From a virus (Duplodnaviria; Caudoviricetes): a DNA stretch of 64,000 bases. Made by a program: the position numbers and the translations under genes. The stretch lies in the IMG/VR virus record IMGVR_UViG_3300002552_000444, positions 36,088 to 100,087 of that record, one strand, 5' to 3'. The notes beneath the pieces are model-generated. The model had not been told where the DNA came from. It saw only the letters and a program-made list of their open reading frames with translations, and searched no databases. Shown piece after piece: positions 10,456-21,153 of the stretch; the stretch's first letter is position 1; the number at the start of each line of letters is the position of its first letter.

Positions 10456-11106
10456 CTATTCACAATCCACAAAGTGCGAAAGTAATGCCCCACTAGAGCA
10501 ATCAACATCCATTTGCTCTAGTTCATCACAAGTGACTGACTTAAAGAAGTTCACTAAATCATCATACGACACTCCAAAATCTTCAGTCACACAAATCTGC
10601 TTTTTTGTTCTCATCGAATGCTTCCCTTTGTATTCAGAACTTTTAGTGCAAGCAAGAATATCTTTTGTTTTCTGCTTGTTGCGAATGACTGATAATAGAA
10701 AGTGAATTGAGATTATGGACTTTTCCTCTAACTCAATTGAGTGAGAGACAGACGCTGCGAACTTGCGATTATTTTTTGCTAGAATGTCGCAATTGACTTT
10801 TGTGAAACATGCTCCTTTAATCTTCCCCTTAAAATGCTGACAGAATTTGTTGGCAAGATAGTATAGCACGCTTTTCTTTTGAGTTTGCAATTCAACTCCT
10901 TTTTTATCGGAGTGCAAGACATATCCAACGAGCAAATCGCCAGGGTATAGAATGAACTTTCCGCCGGGGTGATTACCTTGAACATCACCCTCGGCAAATC
11001 GTCCTGCAAGTGACACTTTCTCTGGGACTTTGCAATATAGACTTCCTCTTTCAATTCTGCGCCAGCCGTCTCTAAGTGCTTGCACCGTTGCTATTTCTTT
11101 TTTCAT
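10456..11106 (-). CDS. Hypothetical protein
   Basis: 216-aa ORF with GGAG RBS, co-oriented between TMP and Dit. Confidence 0.65.
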   Translation of the reverse strand: MKKEIATVQALRDGWRRIERGSLYCKVPEKVSLAGRFAEGDVQGNHPGGKFILYPGDLLVGYVLHSDKKGVELQTQKKSVLYYLANKFCQHFKGKIKGACFTKVNCDILAKNNRKFAASVSHSIELEEKSIISIHFLLSVIRNKQKTKDILACTKSSEYKGKHSMRTKKQICVTEDFGVSYDDLVNFFKSVTCDELEQMDVDCSSGALLSHFVDCE

Positions 11107-11119
11107 TTTTTTGTTTCTC

Positions 11120-14100
11120 CTATTGTCTGAATTTATTGATACTGTTTTTATAACCTGACCTAACCATGCCTGACCCTATTTCCTCTTTGAACCTATTAAC
11201 CGCTTCATTGATTATTTTCTCGGTTTGCGGAAGGCTCTCACGAGTGACGGCTCCGACATTGAACTCAAAATTGAAGTTATTAATGTCTGTGTTTGTCGAA
11301 CCAGTTCCACCCTTTAAAAGAAATTTGTTCGTGTCGATTAGGTGGGATAGGTTTCGCATATGATGCCTTGTTAACACCCCTTCGCCGTTTTGAAGGATTG
11401 CTAGTAGTTCATCATTCTTCATTCCGGGAACGCTTCTGTTCGTGTTGATAACTCCACCAGTATGAAATTTTGGAAGGTTCTGCATTCGCTTTTCTAACTC
11501 TCTTAGGTGTGCGTTAAGATTGCTTAAATCTGCTTGGGCAGACGAGTAAACTCTGTTAGCAGCGTCTCTGTCGCGCTCTAAAGCATCAACATCGTCGTGC
11601 TTTGTTGCGTTATCAACAAATGATTGAGCGTCGTTTGCACTTGCCCTTGCCGAGTTGACAACAATTGTCTGCCTTTGGGCATCCGCTCTTGCGGCATCAA
11701 TTTGTGCTTGAAGGCTATTTCGCTGAAGTGCGCTTGCATCAACCGAGCCAGCAGGCTCAGTTCGTAGTGAGTTAAGTTTATTTTCCAATCCTGTTCGTTT
11801 TGCCTCTAACTCGTTCATTTCTGCAATTGCTTTTCTCATCGCTTCTTCTGCTTGACTCAAAAGATATTCAGCGGATTCAACATCACCGTGCTTATCGCTA
11901 AGTGCGTCTGCGAGATTTTGTTGAGCGATTGTCTCTTGAAGTCTTGCGTCATTAAGCCTTGTGTCTTGCTGCTCAATTCTTCTATTTAACGCATCAAGTT
12001 GACCTTGCTTTCCAATGATGGCAACTTGATTTTCGACTCCCGCCGTGTCTGTTGCTGGGCGATCAATAATAACCTTTAGCATATCCGCTAGGTTTGCAAT
12101 CTCTTCAACAATCCTATCGATTTCTGCATTAATTAAGAGTTCGTATTCTCTAAATTGATTATCAAGTTGCCTTGTCAAAACATCAACTGCTCGCTCTAGC
12201 GTAAAGTCATCTAACGCTTCTTGTGCCTCACGAAGTCTTGACTCTAACTCACGAGTTCTAGCCCTACCTGATGCCGAATTGTCCATTCGAGATAGCGTTA
12301 ATTGAGCTTGAATGTCGGCAAGATTTTGTTGCCTTCGTGCTAGTTCTCGTTGAAAATTTATCTCTTGTCGATATGTCCTAAGTAGGTCACGACGAATGTT
12401 AATCAAGTCTCGATATGCCGAGAGTTGATCGCGAAGTGCGTCTCTTTTGTCGTTTAAAGCGTCTGTAGCGTCTCTGATAGCGACAGAGCGGATATGTATT
12501 GCCCAAGTCTCTGTTGCTATGTTAAGGTTAGAGTAGGCATTGTAGGCTGTTTTAATTGCCCTCTGATGCTCATGCCACGCTCTCGAATATTGCACATGCT
12601 CACCAGCAGTATCAGCAACCTGCCGTCTTGCAATTTCAAGAGCTGCGACATATTGTTTTAGTGATTCAGTCGCAAATGCTTGCAGAATTTCCGATTGTGT
12701 TAAACCCGAAAATTCGTCAGACAAAACAAAGCCTTGTGATGTCCGAGAAAAGAATTTTGCAAGGTGTTCGTATTCTTCAATTAGCAGTCGAGTTCTTTGC
12801 GCGGATAAAACCCCGACCCTGAAAACATCATCAAGTCCACGAGCAAGTGCATCAAAACTACCTTGTGTTTCTTCGATGATGTCAAGGTGATCTAGTCTTC
12901 CGACCCTAAAAAGAGACGAACTCCACAGTTCATTAATTGAAACAATGAACGAGTCAATAAAGCCGTTATGGTCTCGCAAAGTATAGCCTAGACTTTCGAT
13001 GTAAGAAATGAAACTTTGAATTTGCGAATTACTTCTTGCTAGTTCTTCTAGGCTTTGTGCAGTGACTTCTCCAGCATCAGCAAAAATCCTAAGCTCGTTT
13101 GCGGCGTTTGAAAAATTACTCCTCGTCAAAAGACTTCCCCAGATATCCGAAAGTCCTCCGCCTGATGCTATAACGAACCTGTCTCGTTGCTCCCAAATTC
13201 TTCTGTAAGCTTCGTTTGCCGCTTGTTGCTCGGTGTTAACCGCTCCAGCAACATATCGTATCGCCTCGGCATTTTCCGCAAGGTCTCCGATGACCTCTGC
13301 GACAAACGCTCGTTGTGTTGCGTTCGCACGACCCCAGTTATCCATGATGATGTCAATGCGTTCAAGGTTTGACCTACTTTGTCTCCCTGATGCGAGAACT
13401 TCAGAGCGCAAATCAATACGATTTCCAGTATCGTCATAAATGTGTCTGTTGTCCCTATTTCGCATTTCTCTGCTCGCTTGTTCTCTTTGGTCAAGTTGAG
13501 CATTTGCTGCGATTGTTGCGGTGTTTTGAGCGACTGATTGAGCAGCATTTTTTCGTATTTCTAACTCTCTTTGCGTTGCAACAAGTTCGCTGTTTAATGC
13601 TCGAAGTCTATTAAGTTCGTCTTCTTCAACAAGGTTAAGTGGACGCTGTCTAGACAGTTCTTCAATCTCTCTAATTCGCTCGGCGGTATCTTCTAACTTG
13701 GAATTGACATCTTCAATTTCTTCCTTTAACTCGTTAACTGCGTTCTTCGCTTCTCGCGCCGCATCTTGCAAGTCTGCAACCGACGGACGACGAAAGAGGT
13801 TGACAAGAGCCATTGTAGCGGTCACAATGGCGCTCACAAGAAGCAAAATCCAACCAATTGGGTTTGATGCCATGAACGCCCTGATTGTTTTATCCACACC
13901 CTTAATTCCAAGTCTTGTCTTTAAAAAGAAAATTCTAACGGCAAATGCGGCAATCCCTAGAACACCTGCTAAAATGCCTAGAACCCTTGCCCATCTTTGA
14001 CCGCCGTTTCGGATGGTGATAAAGGCAATCGTAAGCATTGCAGTCGCGGCAGTTAGAGAAATGGTTGCTAATCTTGCGTTCTTTTTTGCAATCGTTAGTG

Positions 14101-16186
14101 CCTCTGTTTGGGTCATTTGTATGCCTTGTGCTTTAGCGTTAGCAAGTATTGTTGCCGCTTCTTTTTGGAGTGCTGCCTCACTTTTAAAGACGAGTAATGT
14201 TTTATTTTGATACGCAGTCTTAACTTTTTCAAGGACAGTTCCTAGTTTTCCATACGCCATAACGACAACTGCAATAGCGGTTGCGGCAAGCATTGCAGAA
14301 ACTAAAAAGCCATCGCCGACTGACATAATAGCGCTAAGTATCTCTGCAATGCCTTTAATAATCCCTAGAAAAACTTTGACAAAACTGCTGTCGAGTAGCG
14401 TTTGAGAAAAGTCCACCCATGTCGCACGAAGTTGAGAAAGCCTTCCTTCGATAGAGTTCATATACTCTTCTTGAACCCTTCTCATGTTTCCAATTCCGCT
14501 TGAATAACCCTCGACAATATCCTGAGCCTGTTGCCAATTCTCGATAATGCTCTTGAACGCTGTGGCTTGACTGTCTCCAGCAATCATGGTTGCGATTGCA
14601 TTTCGTTGTGAGTCATTAAGATTTTCCCATGCATTTGAGACATCGTTTAAAACTGCAAAGGTTGAGCGAAAGTTTCCGTTAACATCACGAATTGAAATTC
14701 CAAGGTTATCCATGCGTGATGCTAGTCGCTCGGTTTCAATGACACTATTTTCGTCAATTCCTAAAACTCGAAGTTGCGACTGATTTCTTGACAGTCTTGC
14801 TGAAATGTGGTTAATAGCAGTTGCTGCGCTACTCTCATTTTGCAAAGCAGATGTCGCAGCACCTAAAATACCAAGCGACTCAGAGAGCGTGTTTCCGCTT
14901 AGTGCTAAACTTTGGGCGGCGTCGTTTAAAGCACGAGAGATTTGTTCTGATGTGATAGCGAAGTTTTGTCCGATGTGGATAAATTGGTCGAAAACGCTTT
15001 CTAGGTCATTAGTTGACAGGTTAAATTCTTTGATTGCCGACGACATAACTGTGGCGATATCATCAATGCTCTCGCCTGTTATTCGTGAGTAGATTATGGC
15101 TTGTTCTGCTAAATTTTGCGCTTGACCTAACGAATGGCCCAAGCGAGTAAAGACAGTAACAGCCTCAACAAGTTCGCTAACTGATGCTCCAACACTCCTA
15201 GCCGACTGCGAAACGCTCCTTGAAAAATCGTCAAACTCTCGTTTTGTTGCTCTCGCCGACATCCTCAAATTCGTCATGGCAGTGTCGAGTTCAACGACAT
15301 TTTGATAGACCTGTCGAAATGCTCGCATTAAAGTTCCGACGAGCAAAACGGATAAAGTGATGAAAACTCGGCGGTCAAACATCTGTCTTAATTTGCTTCC
15401 GAAGGTGCTTGTTGAGACAGTTAGTTGGTTTAAAGAAGTGTCGGCATCTCTAGTTAAATTGACAAATTCTCGAACTTGGTCAGCACTTCCTGAAAAGGTT
15501 TGCCCTATTTTTTCATACAACTTATCTGCCCATACCGCCGCTTCTTTGTTGTGTTTGATGAGGTCTTGGTAGCGATTAAGTAGTGCCGATGCCGCAGCCT
15601 GAGCGCCTTTAAATTTTGTTTCTAACCCCAAGTCCTGATGCTCTGCAATCTTTTGTTTCAACAAAAATTGCTTGCTTAATTTTGCGTTCAGTTCTTGAAT
15701 TTGTTTAATTTCATTCGCATTAATTCCGCCTGATTTTTTTGCATTTTCAAATGCTTCTTCAAATTTTTGCGTTGCTTCTTGAGCCGTTAATAACTGCAAA
15801 CGCATAGCGTCATTGCCATGCTTTCTTGCCATGAGCAATCTGTTCTCTTCGGCGTATTGCTCCTTTAAAAGCGTTATAATGGCTTTATTTGTGCTTATTT
15901 TCTCTTTATGCGCAGTTTTTTGCGTGTTCGTCCCAGTTTTAACCCCGATATTGTTCGATATTTTTATATTACTCGTTTGAGCATTAATCTTCTTCGCAAG
16001 TGCGCTAATCTGCTTTTTAAAATGGTTTTCATCAACACCAAGTTTGACTTTAAATCTATTAGGGTTAGCATTGATTTTCCCGACAATTTCTTTGAGTTGT
16101 TTTAATATCCTCGCTCCTGAATCACCGCTAATACTACCTTTTCCAAGCACACCAAAACTAATGCCTACTACATTTTTGTCCGACAT
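11120..16186 (-). CDS. Tail tape measure protein
   Basis: ~1690 aa helical protein, VYQNVVELDTAMTNLR tape-measure core, central hydrophobic segments, C-terminal FHTGG. Start refined to ATG 16186 after GGAGG. Confidence 0.92.
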   Translation of the reverse strand: MSDKNVVGISFGVLGKGSISGDSGARILKQLKEIVGKINANPNRFKVKLGVDENHFKKQISALAKKINAQTSNIKISNNIGVKTGTNTQKTAHKEKISTNKAIITLLKEQYAEENRLLMARKHGNDAMRLQLLTAQEATQKFEEAFENAKKSGGINANEIKQIQELNAKLSKQFLLKQKIAEHQDLGLETKFKGAQAAASALLNRYQDLIKHNKEAAVWADKLYEKIGQTFSGSADQVREFVNLTRDADTSLNQLTVSTSTFGSKLRQMFDRRVFITLSVLLVGTLMRAFRQVYQNVVELDTAMTNLRMSARATKREFDDFSRSVSQSARSVGASVSELVEAVTVFTRLGHSLGQAQNLAEQAIIYSRITGESIDDIATVMSSAIKEFNLSTNDLESVFDQFIHIGQNFAITSEQISRALNDAAQSLALSGNTLSESLGILGAATSALQNESSAATAINHISARLSRNQSQLRVLGIDENSVIETERLASRMDNLGISIRDVNGNFRSTFAVLNDVSNAWENLNDSQRNAIATMIAGDSQATAFKSIIENWQQAQDIVEGYSSGIGNMRRVQEEYMNSIEGRLSQLRATWVDFSQTLLDSSFVKVFLGIIKGIAEILSAIMSVGDGFLVSAMLAATAIAVVVMAYGKLGTVLEKVKTAYQNKTLLVFKSEAALQKEAATILANAKAQGIQMTQTEALTIAKKNARLATISLTAATAMLTIAFITIRNGGQRWARVLGILAGVLGIAAFAVRIFFLKTRLGIKGVDKTIRAFMASNPIGWILLLVSAIVTATMALVNLFRRPSVADLQDAAREAKNAVNELKEEIEDVNSKLEDTAERIREIEELSRQRPLNLVEEDELNRLRALNSELVATQRELEIRKNAAQSVAQNTATIAANAQLDQREQASREMRNRDNRHIYDDTGNRIDLRSEVLASGRQSRSNLERIDIIMDNWGRANATQRAFVAEVIGDLAENAEAIRYVAGAVNTEQQAANEAYRRIWEQRDRFVIASGGGLSDIWGSLLTRSNFSNAANELRIFADAGEVTAQSLEELARSNSQIQSFISYIESLGYTLRDHNGFIDSFIVSINELWSSSLFRVGRLDHLDIIEETQGSFDALARGLDDVFRVGVLSAQRTRLLIEEYEHLAKFFSRTSQGFVLSDEFSGLTQSEILQAFATESLKQYVAALEIARRQVADTAGEHVQYSRAWHEHQRAIKTAYNAYSNLNIATETWAIHIRSVAIRDATDALNDKRDALRDQLSAYRDLINIRRDLLRTYRQEINFQRELARRQQNLADIQAQLTLSRMDNSASGRARTRELESRLREAQEALDDFTLERAVDVLTRQLDNQFREYELLINAEIDRIVEEIANLADMLKVIIDRPATDTAGVENQVAIIGKQGQLDALNRRIEQQDTRLNDARLQETIAQQNLADALSDKHGDVESAEYLLSQAEEAMRKAIAEMNELEAKRTGLENKLNSLRTEPAGSVDASALQRNSLQAQIDAARADAQRQTIVVNSARASANDAQSFVDNATKHDDVDALERDRDAANRVYSSAQADLSNLNAHLRELEKRMQNLPKFHTGGVINTNRSVPGMKNDELLAILQNGEGVLTRHHMRNLSHLIDTNKFLLKGGTGSTNTDINNFNFEFNVGAVTRESLPQTEKIINEAVNRFKEEIGSGMVRSGYKNSINKFRQ

Positions 16187-16232
16187 AAAAAAACCTCCAG
16201 CAATAAAAAATCTGCCGAATATTTTCGACAGA

Positions 16233-16490
16233 TTAATTATCAATTTCTACGAACCAGCGACCACCGATTACTTTGTTAAACTTCACATCTTCGAGCCAAA
16301 TACATCTCTCCTCACCATCAATCGTTATACTATAACGATATCCAGTCCCCCCAGCTGTTGAAGCCATTCTTCTTGCGTCGTGAGCATGAGTGATTTTCAA
16401 TTCTCGACCATCTTCCCAAATCAACACTTTCGGCGTTATATTTCCTTCCTCATCAAATTCGGCAATAACTTTCACATACTTCTTCCCCAT
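16233..16490 (-). CDS. Small protein accompanying Y-family polymerase
   Basis: YVKVIAEFD..G.ITP....WEDGR...AGGTGYRY pattern directly downstream of the dinB-like gene. Confidence 0.65.
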   Translation of the reverse strand: MGKKYVKVIAEFDEEGNITPKVLIWEDGRELKITHAHDARRMASTAGGTGYRYSITIDGEERCIWLEDVKFNKVIGGRWFVEIDN

Positions 16491-16507
16491 AGAAATAGTA
16501 TGTGCAA

Positions 16508-17737
16508 TTATTTAAAGTAACTTGTGGGAAAAACTGTGTTTTCTTCTTTGGGGTCAATTCCACACAGTTCTTTATCGACATGCTCAATGCCTCGCTTAAT
16601 TGCGACATGACCGTGCTTACTACGAATTCTATCAATTGTGTGCTCCAAACTTTCCGCTTCTTTTTGCTCGGCATCATTTCCAAAAAGGTCTAGTTGAACA
16701 GGAGTGTCAGCTGAACTTAAATTCGTCATTCTCACTCCAATACTTCTAATGGGCTTAGAAAAGTCATAAAACTTGAATAGTTCCATCGAAGTTTTAATGA
16801 TGTCCTCTGAAAGAAATGACGGTTTTTCAATCTTTGTTTGCTTGCCCCAGTCAACAAGTTCGTTGTCCCTGACAGTTAAATGAACCACCTGACCTTTAAG
16901 CCATTGTTCACGAAGTCTTGCGGCAACGCTTTCAGATAGAACCGTTACAATCATCAAAACATCGTCAAGAGTTTTTAAATCGCGCATTGTTGTTGTTGAA
17001 TTGCCAATGGACTTAACATCATTATCGTCAACATACTTTGCAACAGGTGATAGGTCAAAGCCATTTGCGAAATTCCACAAAACCTCACCCCACTTTCCTA
17101 ATCGAAGTTTTAAATCCGCTACATCCGCGTTTGCAATATCACCAATAGTTTTAATTCCAAAGCTCCCTAGTTTTGCTTTTGTTGCTTTGCCGACATATAG
17201 CAAGTCATTTGCTGGAAGTGGGAAAATTCTTTGCTTAAAATTCTTTCTTGAAATTTCAGTCACTATATCTGGCTTTCTTAAATCCGAGCCTAGTTTTGCA
17301 AAAATCTTATTCCACGACACCCCGATACTAACTGTTAGCCCCGTTTCCCTTTTAACTCGTTCTCTAATTTCTTCTGCGGTCTTTTTCCCGTCTCGCCCCG
17401 TCACATCAAGCCAAGCTTCGTCAATTCCGAATGGCTCAATCTGATCGGTGTAGTTGTTGTATAAATCTTTCACGATTTGTGAGTAGCGCTGATACTTATC
17501 AAAATGTGCTGGAACTGTCACTAAATCCGGACATTTTTGTTTTGCTTGCCAAATGACTTCCCCTGTCTTAATCTTGAACTTTTTTGCAATTTCGTTTTTA
17601 GCCAGAATGATACCATGCCGCTGGTCAGCATCGCCGCAAACCGCAACTGGCAAATCCCTAATCTTAGGGTTTTCAAAACATTCAACAGCCGCATAAAAGC
17701 CGTTTAGGTCGCTATGTAGTATAACTCTATCGCTCAC
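16508..17737 (-). CDS. dinB: Y-family DNA polymerase (DinB/Pol IV-like)
   Basis: ILHSDLNGFYAAVE, GIDEAWLD, SIGVSWNKIFAKLGSD and beta-clamp motif QLDLF. Confidence 0.93.
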   Translation of the reverse strand: MSDRVILHSDLNGFYAAVECFENPKIRDLPVAVCGDADQRHGIILAKNEIAKKFKIKTGEVIWQAKQKCPDLVTVPAHFDKYQRYSQIVKDLYNNYTDQIEPFGIDEAWLDVTGRDGKKTAEEIRERVKRETGLTVSIGVSWNKIFAKLGSDLRKPDIVTEISRKNFKQRIFPLPANDLLYVGKATKAKLGSFGIKTIGDIANADVADLKLRLGKWGEVLWNFANGFDLSPVAKYVDDNDVKSIGNSTTTMRDLKTLDDVLMIVTVLSESVAARLREQWLKGQVVHLTVRDNELVDWGKQTKIEKPSFLSEDIIKTSMELFKFYDFSKPIRSIGVRMTNLSSADTPVQLDLFGNDAEQKEAESLEHTIDRIRSKHGHVAIKRGIEHVDKELCGIDPKEENTVFPTSYFK

Positions 17738-17746
17738 AAGAAATTA

Positions 17747-17775
17747 AGTATATCACATAAAAAAGGAATTGTCCA
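17747..17775 (-). promoter_or_regulatory. sigmaA-type promoter for dinB, near-leaderless
   Basis: TGGACA-17nt-TATACT with extended TG, 9 nt before the GTG start, no SD. Confidence 0.55.
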
Positions 17776-17797
17776 TACCTTTTTGCAAATTAATTTA

Positions 17798-17826
17798 AAA
17801 AAGTCGCATGGCCTTTGCGACTTTTT
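17798..17826. terminator. Bidirectional terminator hairpin
   Basis: aaaaagtcgca-tggcctt-tgcgacttttt. Confidence 0.75.
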
Positions 17827-17848
17827 CATAAAAAACTGCTATACTATT

Positions 17849-18016
17849 TCACGCTGCGTTGACACTGACTATGTAATTATTTCCATTTATCATTGTCACT
17901 TCAAAAGAAGTTATTTCTTCTTCTCTCTTGTTAGAATACTCAATTCCCTTAACTTCGGGAATTTCCATATTCACTAACTCTCCCATCTTGGTCGTTAGTT
18001 TTTCAATTTCAGACAT
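17849..18016 (-). CDS. Small hypothetical protein (55 aa) divergent from XRE gene
   Basis: Hand-translated MSEIEKLTTKMGELVNM...VNAA with AAGGAGG RBS. Confidence 0.65.
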   Translation of the reverse strand: MSEIEKLTTKMGELVNMEIPEVKGIEYSNKREEEITSFEVTMINGNNYIVSVNAA

Positions 18017-18079
18017 TGATTTTAAGCCTCCTTGTGTTTAATATATTTTGTGATCACATAAATATATTATATCTTAGAT

Positions 18080-18109
18080 GTAGGCACAATGCAATTATTT
18101 TGTGCCTAC
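18080..18109. promoter_or_regulatory. Candidate operator between divergent genes
   Basis: Perfect inverted repeat gtaggcacaa-N10-ttgtgcctac. Confidence 0.55.
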
Positions 18110-18145
18110 TTTTGAGATAATTATTTAAATAGGAGACTAAATTCA

Positions 18146-18583
18146 ATGAATTTTTTGTCAAACTTTAGCGAAAGACTTTCGGAACTAATTATTGAACATG
18201 AATTAACAACTGATAAACTAGCCGCTGAACTTGGTGTCATCGGCTCAACTGTTCGCCGTTGGAAACAAGCAAAGCGAAGTATTTCATTATCTAATGCCCT
18301 ACTTTTGGCAAACTATTTTGACTGTTCTCTTGAATTTCTTATTGGAAAAACTGATAATAAACTTGACTTCACCCCAAAAGAACATCTTCCGTTTTATGAG
18401 CGTTTGCGTGAAGTTATGGAAGAAAAAAATGTCACTTGGTATCAAATCGTTAAAGACGATATAGTTTCAGATAACAATCTTTCGGTTTGGAAAAATGGAA
18501 CATCACCCTATTTGCAATCGGTTATTGACATTGCCAACTACTTTGATTTAACTCTCGACCAGTTCATTGGTCGTGACCTTTAA
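18146..18583 (+). CDS. Tandem XRE-family HTH regulator
   Basis: Two HTH_3-like repeats ending LANYFDCSLEFLIG and IANYFDLTLDQFIG. Confidence 0.88.
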   Translation: MNFLSNFSERLSELIIEHELTTDKLAAELGVIGSTVRRWKQAKRSISLSNALLLANYFDCSLEFLIGKTDNKLDFTPKEHLPFYERLREVMEEKNVTWYQIVKDDIVSDNNLSVWKNGTSPYLQSVIDIANYFDLTLDQFIGRDL

Positions 18584-19149
18584 TTCAAACTTTCAAAATC
18601 GTCGATAAGTCTTGCAACAGCAACTCCTTTTGCTTGAGCGTTGAAACTTGAGATTGCATCATTCAAAAATGAATTCGGAACTTCAGCAATTCTACTTCGG
18701 ATATTTGTCTTTCCGCTCCAACTTCCCCAAACATAATCCCTTGCTGTCCAGCCTTTAGCGAAATGAATAACTATGTTTTCAACGCCGCTATAGCGACTTG
18801 GTTGCAAGGACTCTCTAAATAAAGCCCCCTCTCGGAACGATAGTTTGATTTCTATCGTTCCATCTCTTTTCTTAGAGGACTCACTTATGAGAATGTCATC
18901 AAGGGTTACGCTTGCGACAACTGGCTGGATATGTGAGTGCAGAATCTTTCGCGCCATTGCTCCCAATTTTTTTAAGTCTTTGAAACTCAGACCGTTTGGG
19001 TCGTAGGAAATGCCAGTCTTATCTTTAATCTTCTTTCGTCCTTGCGAAGTCTTTGCAAACTTCTTCACTTTCTTCATTATCTCATTTTTCGAAATCACTT
19101 CAACCTCCATTATGCGAAAAAATGCAATTTCAATTGAAACCGCCCTCAT
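18580..19149 (-). CDS. Phage protein, possible tail completion/morphogenesis
   Basis: 189-aa ORF inside the tail operon; function inferred from position only. Confidence 0.55.
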   Translation of the reverse strand: MRAVSIEIAFFRIMEVEVISKNEIMKKVKKFAKTSQGRKKIKDKTGISYDPNGLSFKDLKKLGAMARKILHSHIQPVVASVTLDDILISESSKKRDGTIEIKLSFREGALFRESLQPSRYSGVENIVIHFAKGWTARDYVWGSWSGKTNIRSRIAEVPNSFLNDAISSFNAQAKGVAVARLIDDFESLN

Positions 19150-19197
19150 TCAAAACCCACCTATTTTGGTGGGTTTAAAAAATTCTATTTAGTGTAA

Positions 19198-19512
19198 TTA
19201 TTTGTTCACCTTTTTGACAGCAGATTCCAAAATGAAGGTGTCGAGTTCTTTTTCAACAACTGCGAAGGCTTTCTTTGCACAGTCTAACTCTCCATTGACT
19301 TTGCCAGTCTTAATCGCAATGCTATTCGCTTCGGTTAGTTTTCCAATACTTTTAAGAGCTCGTAAAACTAGCAAGTCTTTTTTCGTTCTTCTTTCTTCCG
19401 ATGCTTCAGCATACTTTTCCATGCGCTTAAAATGTCTTTGCAAGAAATAGATGAAGACTCCGCCAAGACCACTGACGATTGTGCAAATTAATGCAATTAG
19501 TAATTCATTCAA
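19198..19512 (-). CDS. Holin-like membrane protein
   Basis: N-terminal TM helix followed by charged coiled coil. Confidence 0.55.
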   Translation of the reverse strand: MNELLIALICTIVSGLGGVFIYFLQRHFKRMEKYAEASEERRTKKDLLVLRALKSIGKLTEANSIAIKTGKVNGELDCAKKAFAVVEKELDTFILESAVKKVNK

Positions 19513-19515
19513 ATT

Positions 19516-20115
19516 CTACTCACCCCCTTTTTCAGCCATTCCTGAAAATGATTTTATCAAACTGCTGATGTCGAAATTCTTACTAAGTCCAGACAACATT
19601 CCAAAGGTTTTTTCAATATCCAAATCTCCAAGGTTTTTAGTCAGTTTTTCAAGAATTCCACCAATTCTATCAAGCATACGATTCCAATTTGTTGCGTAAG
19701 CGATTTCTAAAATCCTTGCATCCACTAACTTGTTGAAGTTTGACACGAAATCACCCACAATTTTTTCGCCAAGCAATTCGGAAACACTTTCATAGATTGG
19801 GGTATACATCACAATCAGCCATGCGGTATTTAAATCGTGTGGAATATCAATGTCGGTGTAGCACGACAAAATCCCATATCTTTGAGCAAACTGAGTGAAC
19901 GCGGGCATATATGAATTCATGTCAGTTGTATCATCTTGAAACAAAAAGTCAACCGACATCTTTATTTCTTGCGCCATAACTCCCTCACTTGATGCAAATG
20001 AAACATTGACAATGAGTTCGTTTTCCCCTTCTCCAAATCTTAGTTCTTTTCTTTCAGGCGCGGAATTCACTATTAAATTAGCTAACGCTTTTATTTTTCT
20101 ATTTTCTTTTTCCAT
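19516..20115 (-). CDS. Phage protein, possible tail assembly chaperone
   Basis: Directly downstream of the tail tube gene. Confidence 0.55.
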   Translation of the reverse strand: MEKENRKIKALANLIVNSAPERKELRFGEGENELIVNVSFASSEGVMAQEIKMSVDFLFQDDTTDMNSYMPAFTQFAQRYGILSCYTDIDIPHDLNTAWLIVMYTPIYESVSELLGEKIVGDFVSNFNKLVDARILEIAYATNWNRMLDRIGGILEKLTKNLGDLDIEKTFGMLSGLSKNFDISSLIKSFSGMAEKGGE

Positions 20116-20179
20116 TTCTTTGTTCCTCCATGAATTTGAGCCTCGACATCAGTTGTCGAGGCTCTATCAAATCGTTGTT

Positions 20180-21079
20180 TTATGCAATTAATACCTCAAA
20201 CACATACGCATGAGGGTTTCCATCAACGCTCATTGTGATTATTATTTCACCATCAGCGTAGGCGTTTGCAATATTTTCAACAGTATGCCCTGTGTAGCCG
20301 AGTAGCGTCAAGATTTCTTTCGTCATGGTTATTTTCCCGTCAACCACCAATGCCGTTTCAGCATTGCCGTTCAATAGGAATGTGACCGCACTATCGCTGA
20401 CAGTTATTGTTGCATCAACACCCGCAATACTTTGACTCACTCCACCAACCTCTCGTGAAGTCAAACGAAATACTCCGTTTGGCGCGGGAACTTCAACACT
20501 TGGATATTCACCCTCATCAGCGTCCTCAAAGCCAAGAGTTACAAGGTCTGCATCTTCATTATCTGCAAGATCGAGCGTGATTGTGATTGACTGCGGATCG
20601 CCGTCCCCTGTGTAGCCCGCGCTAAATGCTCTTTGAACTGACGCTTTGTGTAGCGTGATATTTTGCGTATGATTAACTCCGTCTTCATCACGATAGAATG
20701 TCACGCATTCAAGCACAAAATAGAACTTGCGCCTTTTGGGGTCATTTGAAAAATTGATTCTTTTCTTGTCGAAGGCTTTCGGGTCGAGTCCTGCAATCAT
20801 CGCCCACACCGCTGGATTCGTGATTTGTGTTTCGATTGTGAAAGTTCCTTCCAGCGGATTGTCAAAACCAATCTTGCGTTTGAACCCCATTCCACCTGTT
20901 GCCCAAACAGTGTCACCGCTTGTTTCAAGTGTGCAGGAATTCACGAAGTCAACCACTAGCGGATCTTCCGCCGACTTGAACCCATTCGCTCCGCGTGATT
21001 TTTCATACTTGTAGAATTTTAAGTCAAGCCCTGACCTATTTGCAAACTGAGTCGTTTGCCCCAATTCATTTCTTTTCAT
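20180..21079 (-). CDS. Major tail (tube) protein with C-terminal extra domain
   Basis: ANR...DFVNSCTLETSGDTVWATGG...F...EGTFTIETQ...GDGDPQSITITLD pattern of SPbeta-like tail tubes. Confidence 0.8.
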   Translation of the reverse strand: MKRNELGQTTQFANRSGLDLKFYKYEKSRGANGFKSAEDPLVVDFVNSCTLETSGDTVWATGGMGFKRKIGFDNPLEGTFTIETQITNPAVWAMIAGLDPKAFDKKRINFSNDPKRRKFYFVLECVTFYRDEDGVNHTQNITLHKASVQRAFSAGYTGDGDPQSITITLDLADNEDADLVTLGFEDADEGEYPSVEVPAPNGVFRLTSREVGGVSQSIAGVDATITVSDSAVTFLLNGNAETALVVDGKITMTKEILTLLGYTGHTVENIANAYADGEIIITMSVDGNPHAYVFEVLIA

Positions 21080-21153
21080 TCATTTCTCCTTGGCGCCACT
21101 AGCGCTTTTGTCGGGCAAAATATTTTAGTTGCTGCTTTTTCTAAATGCAACTA

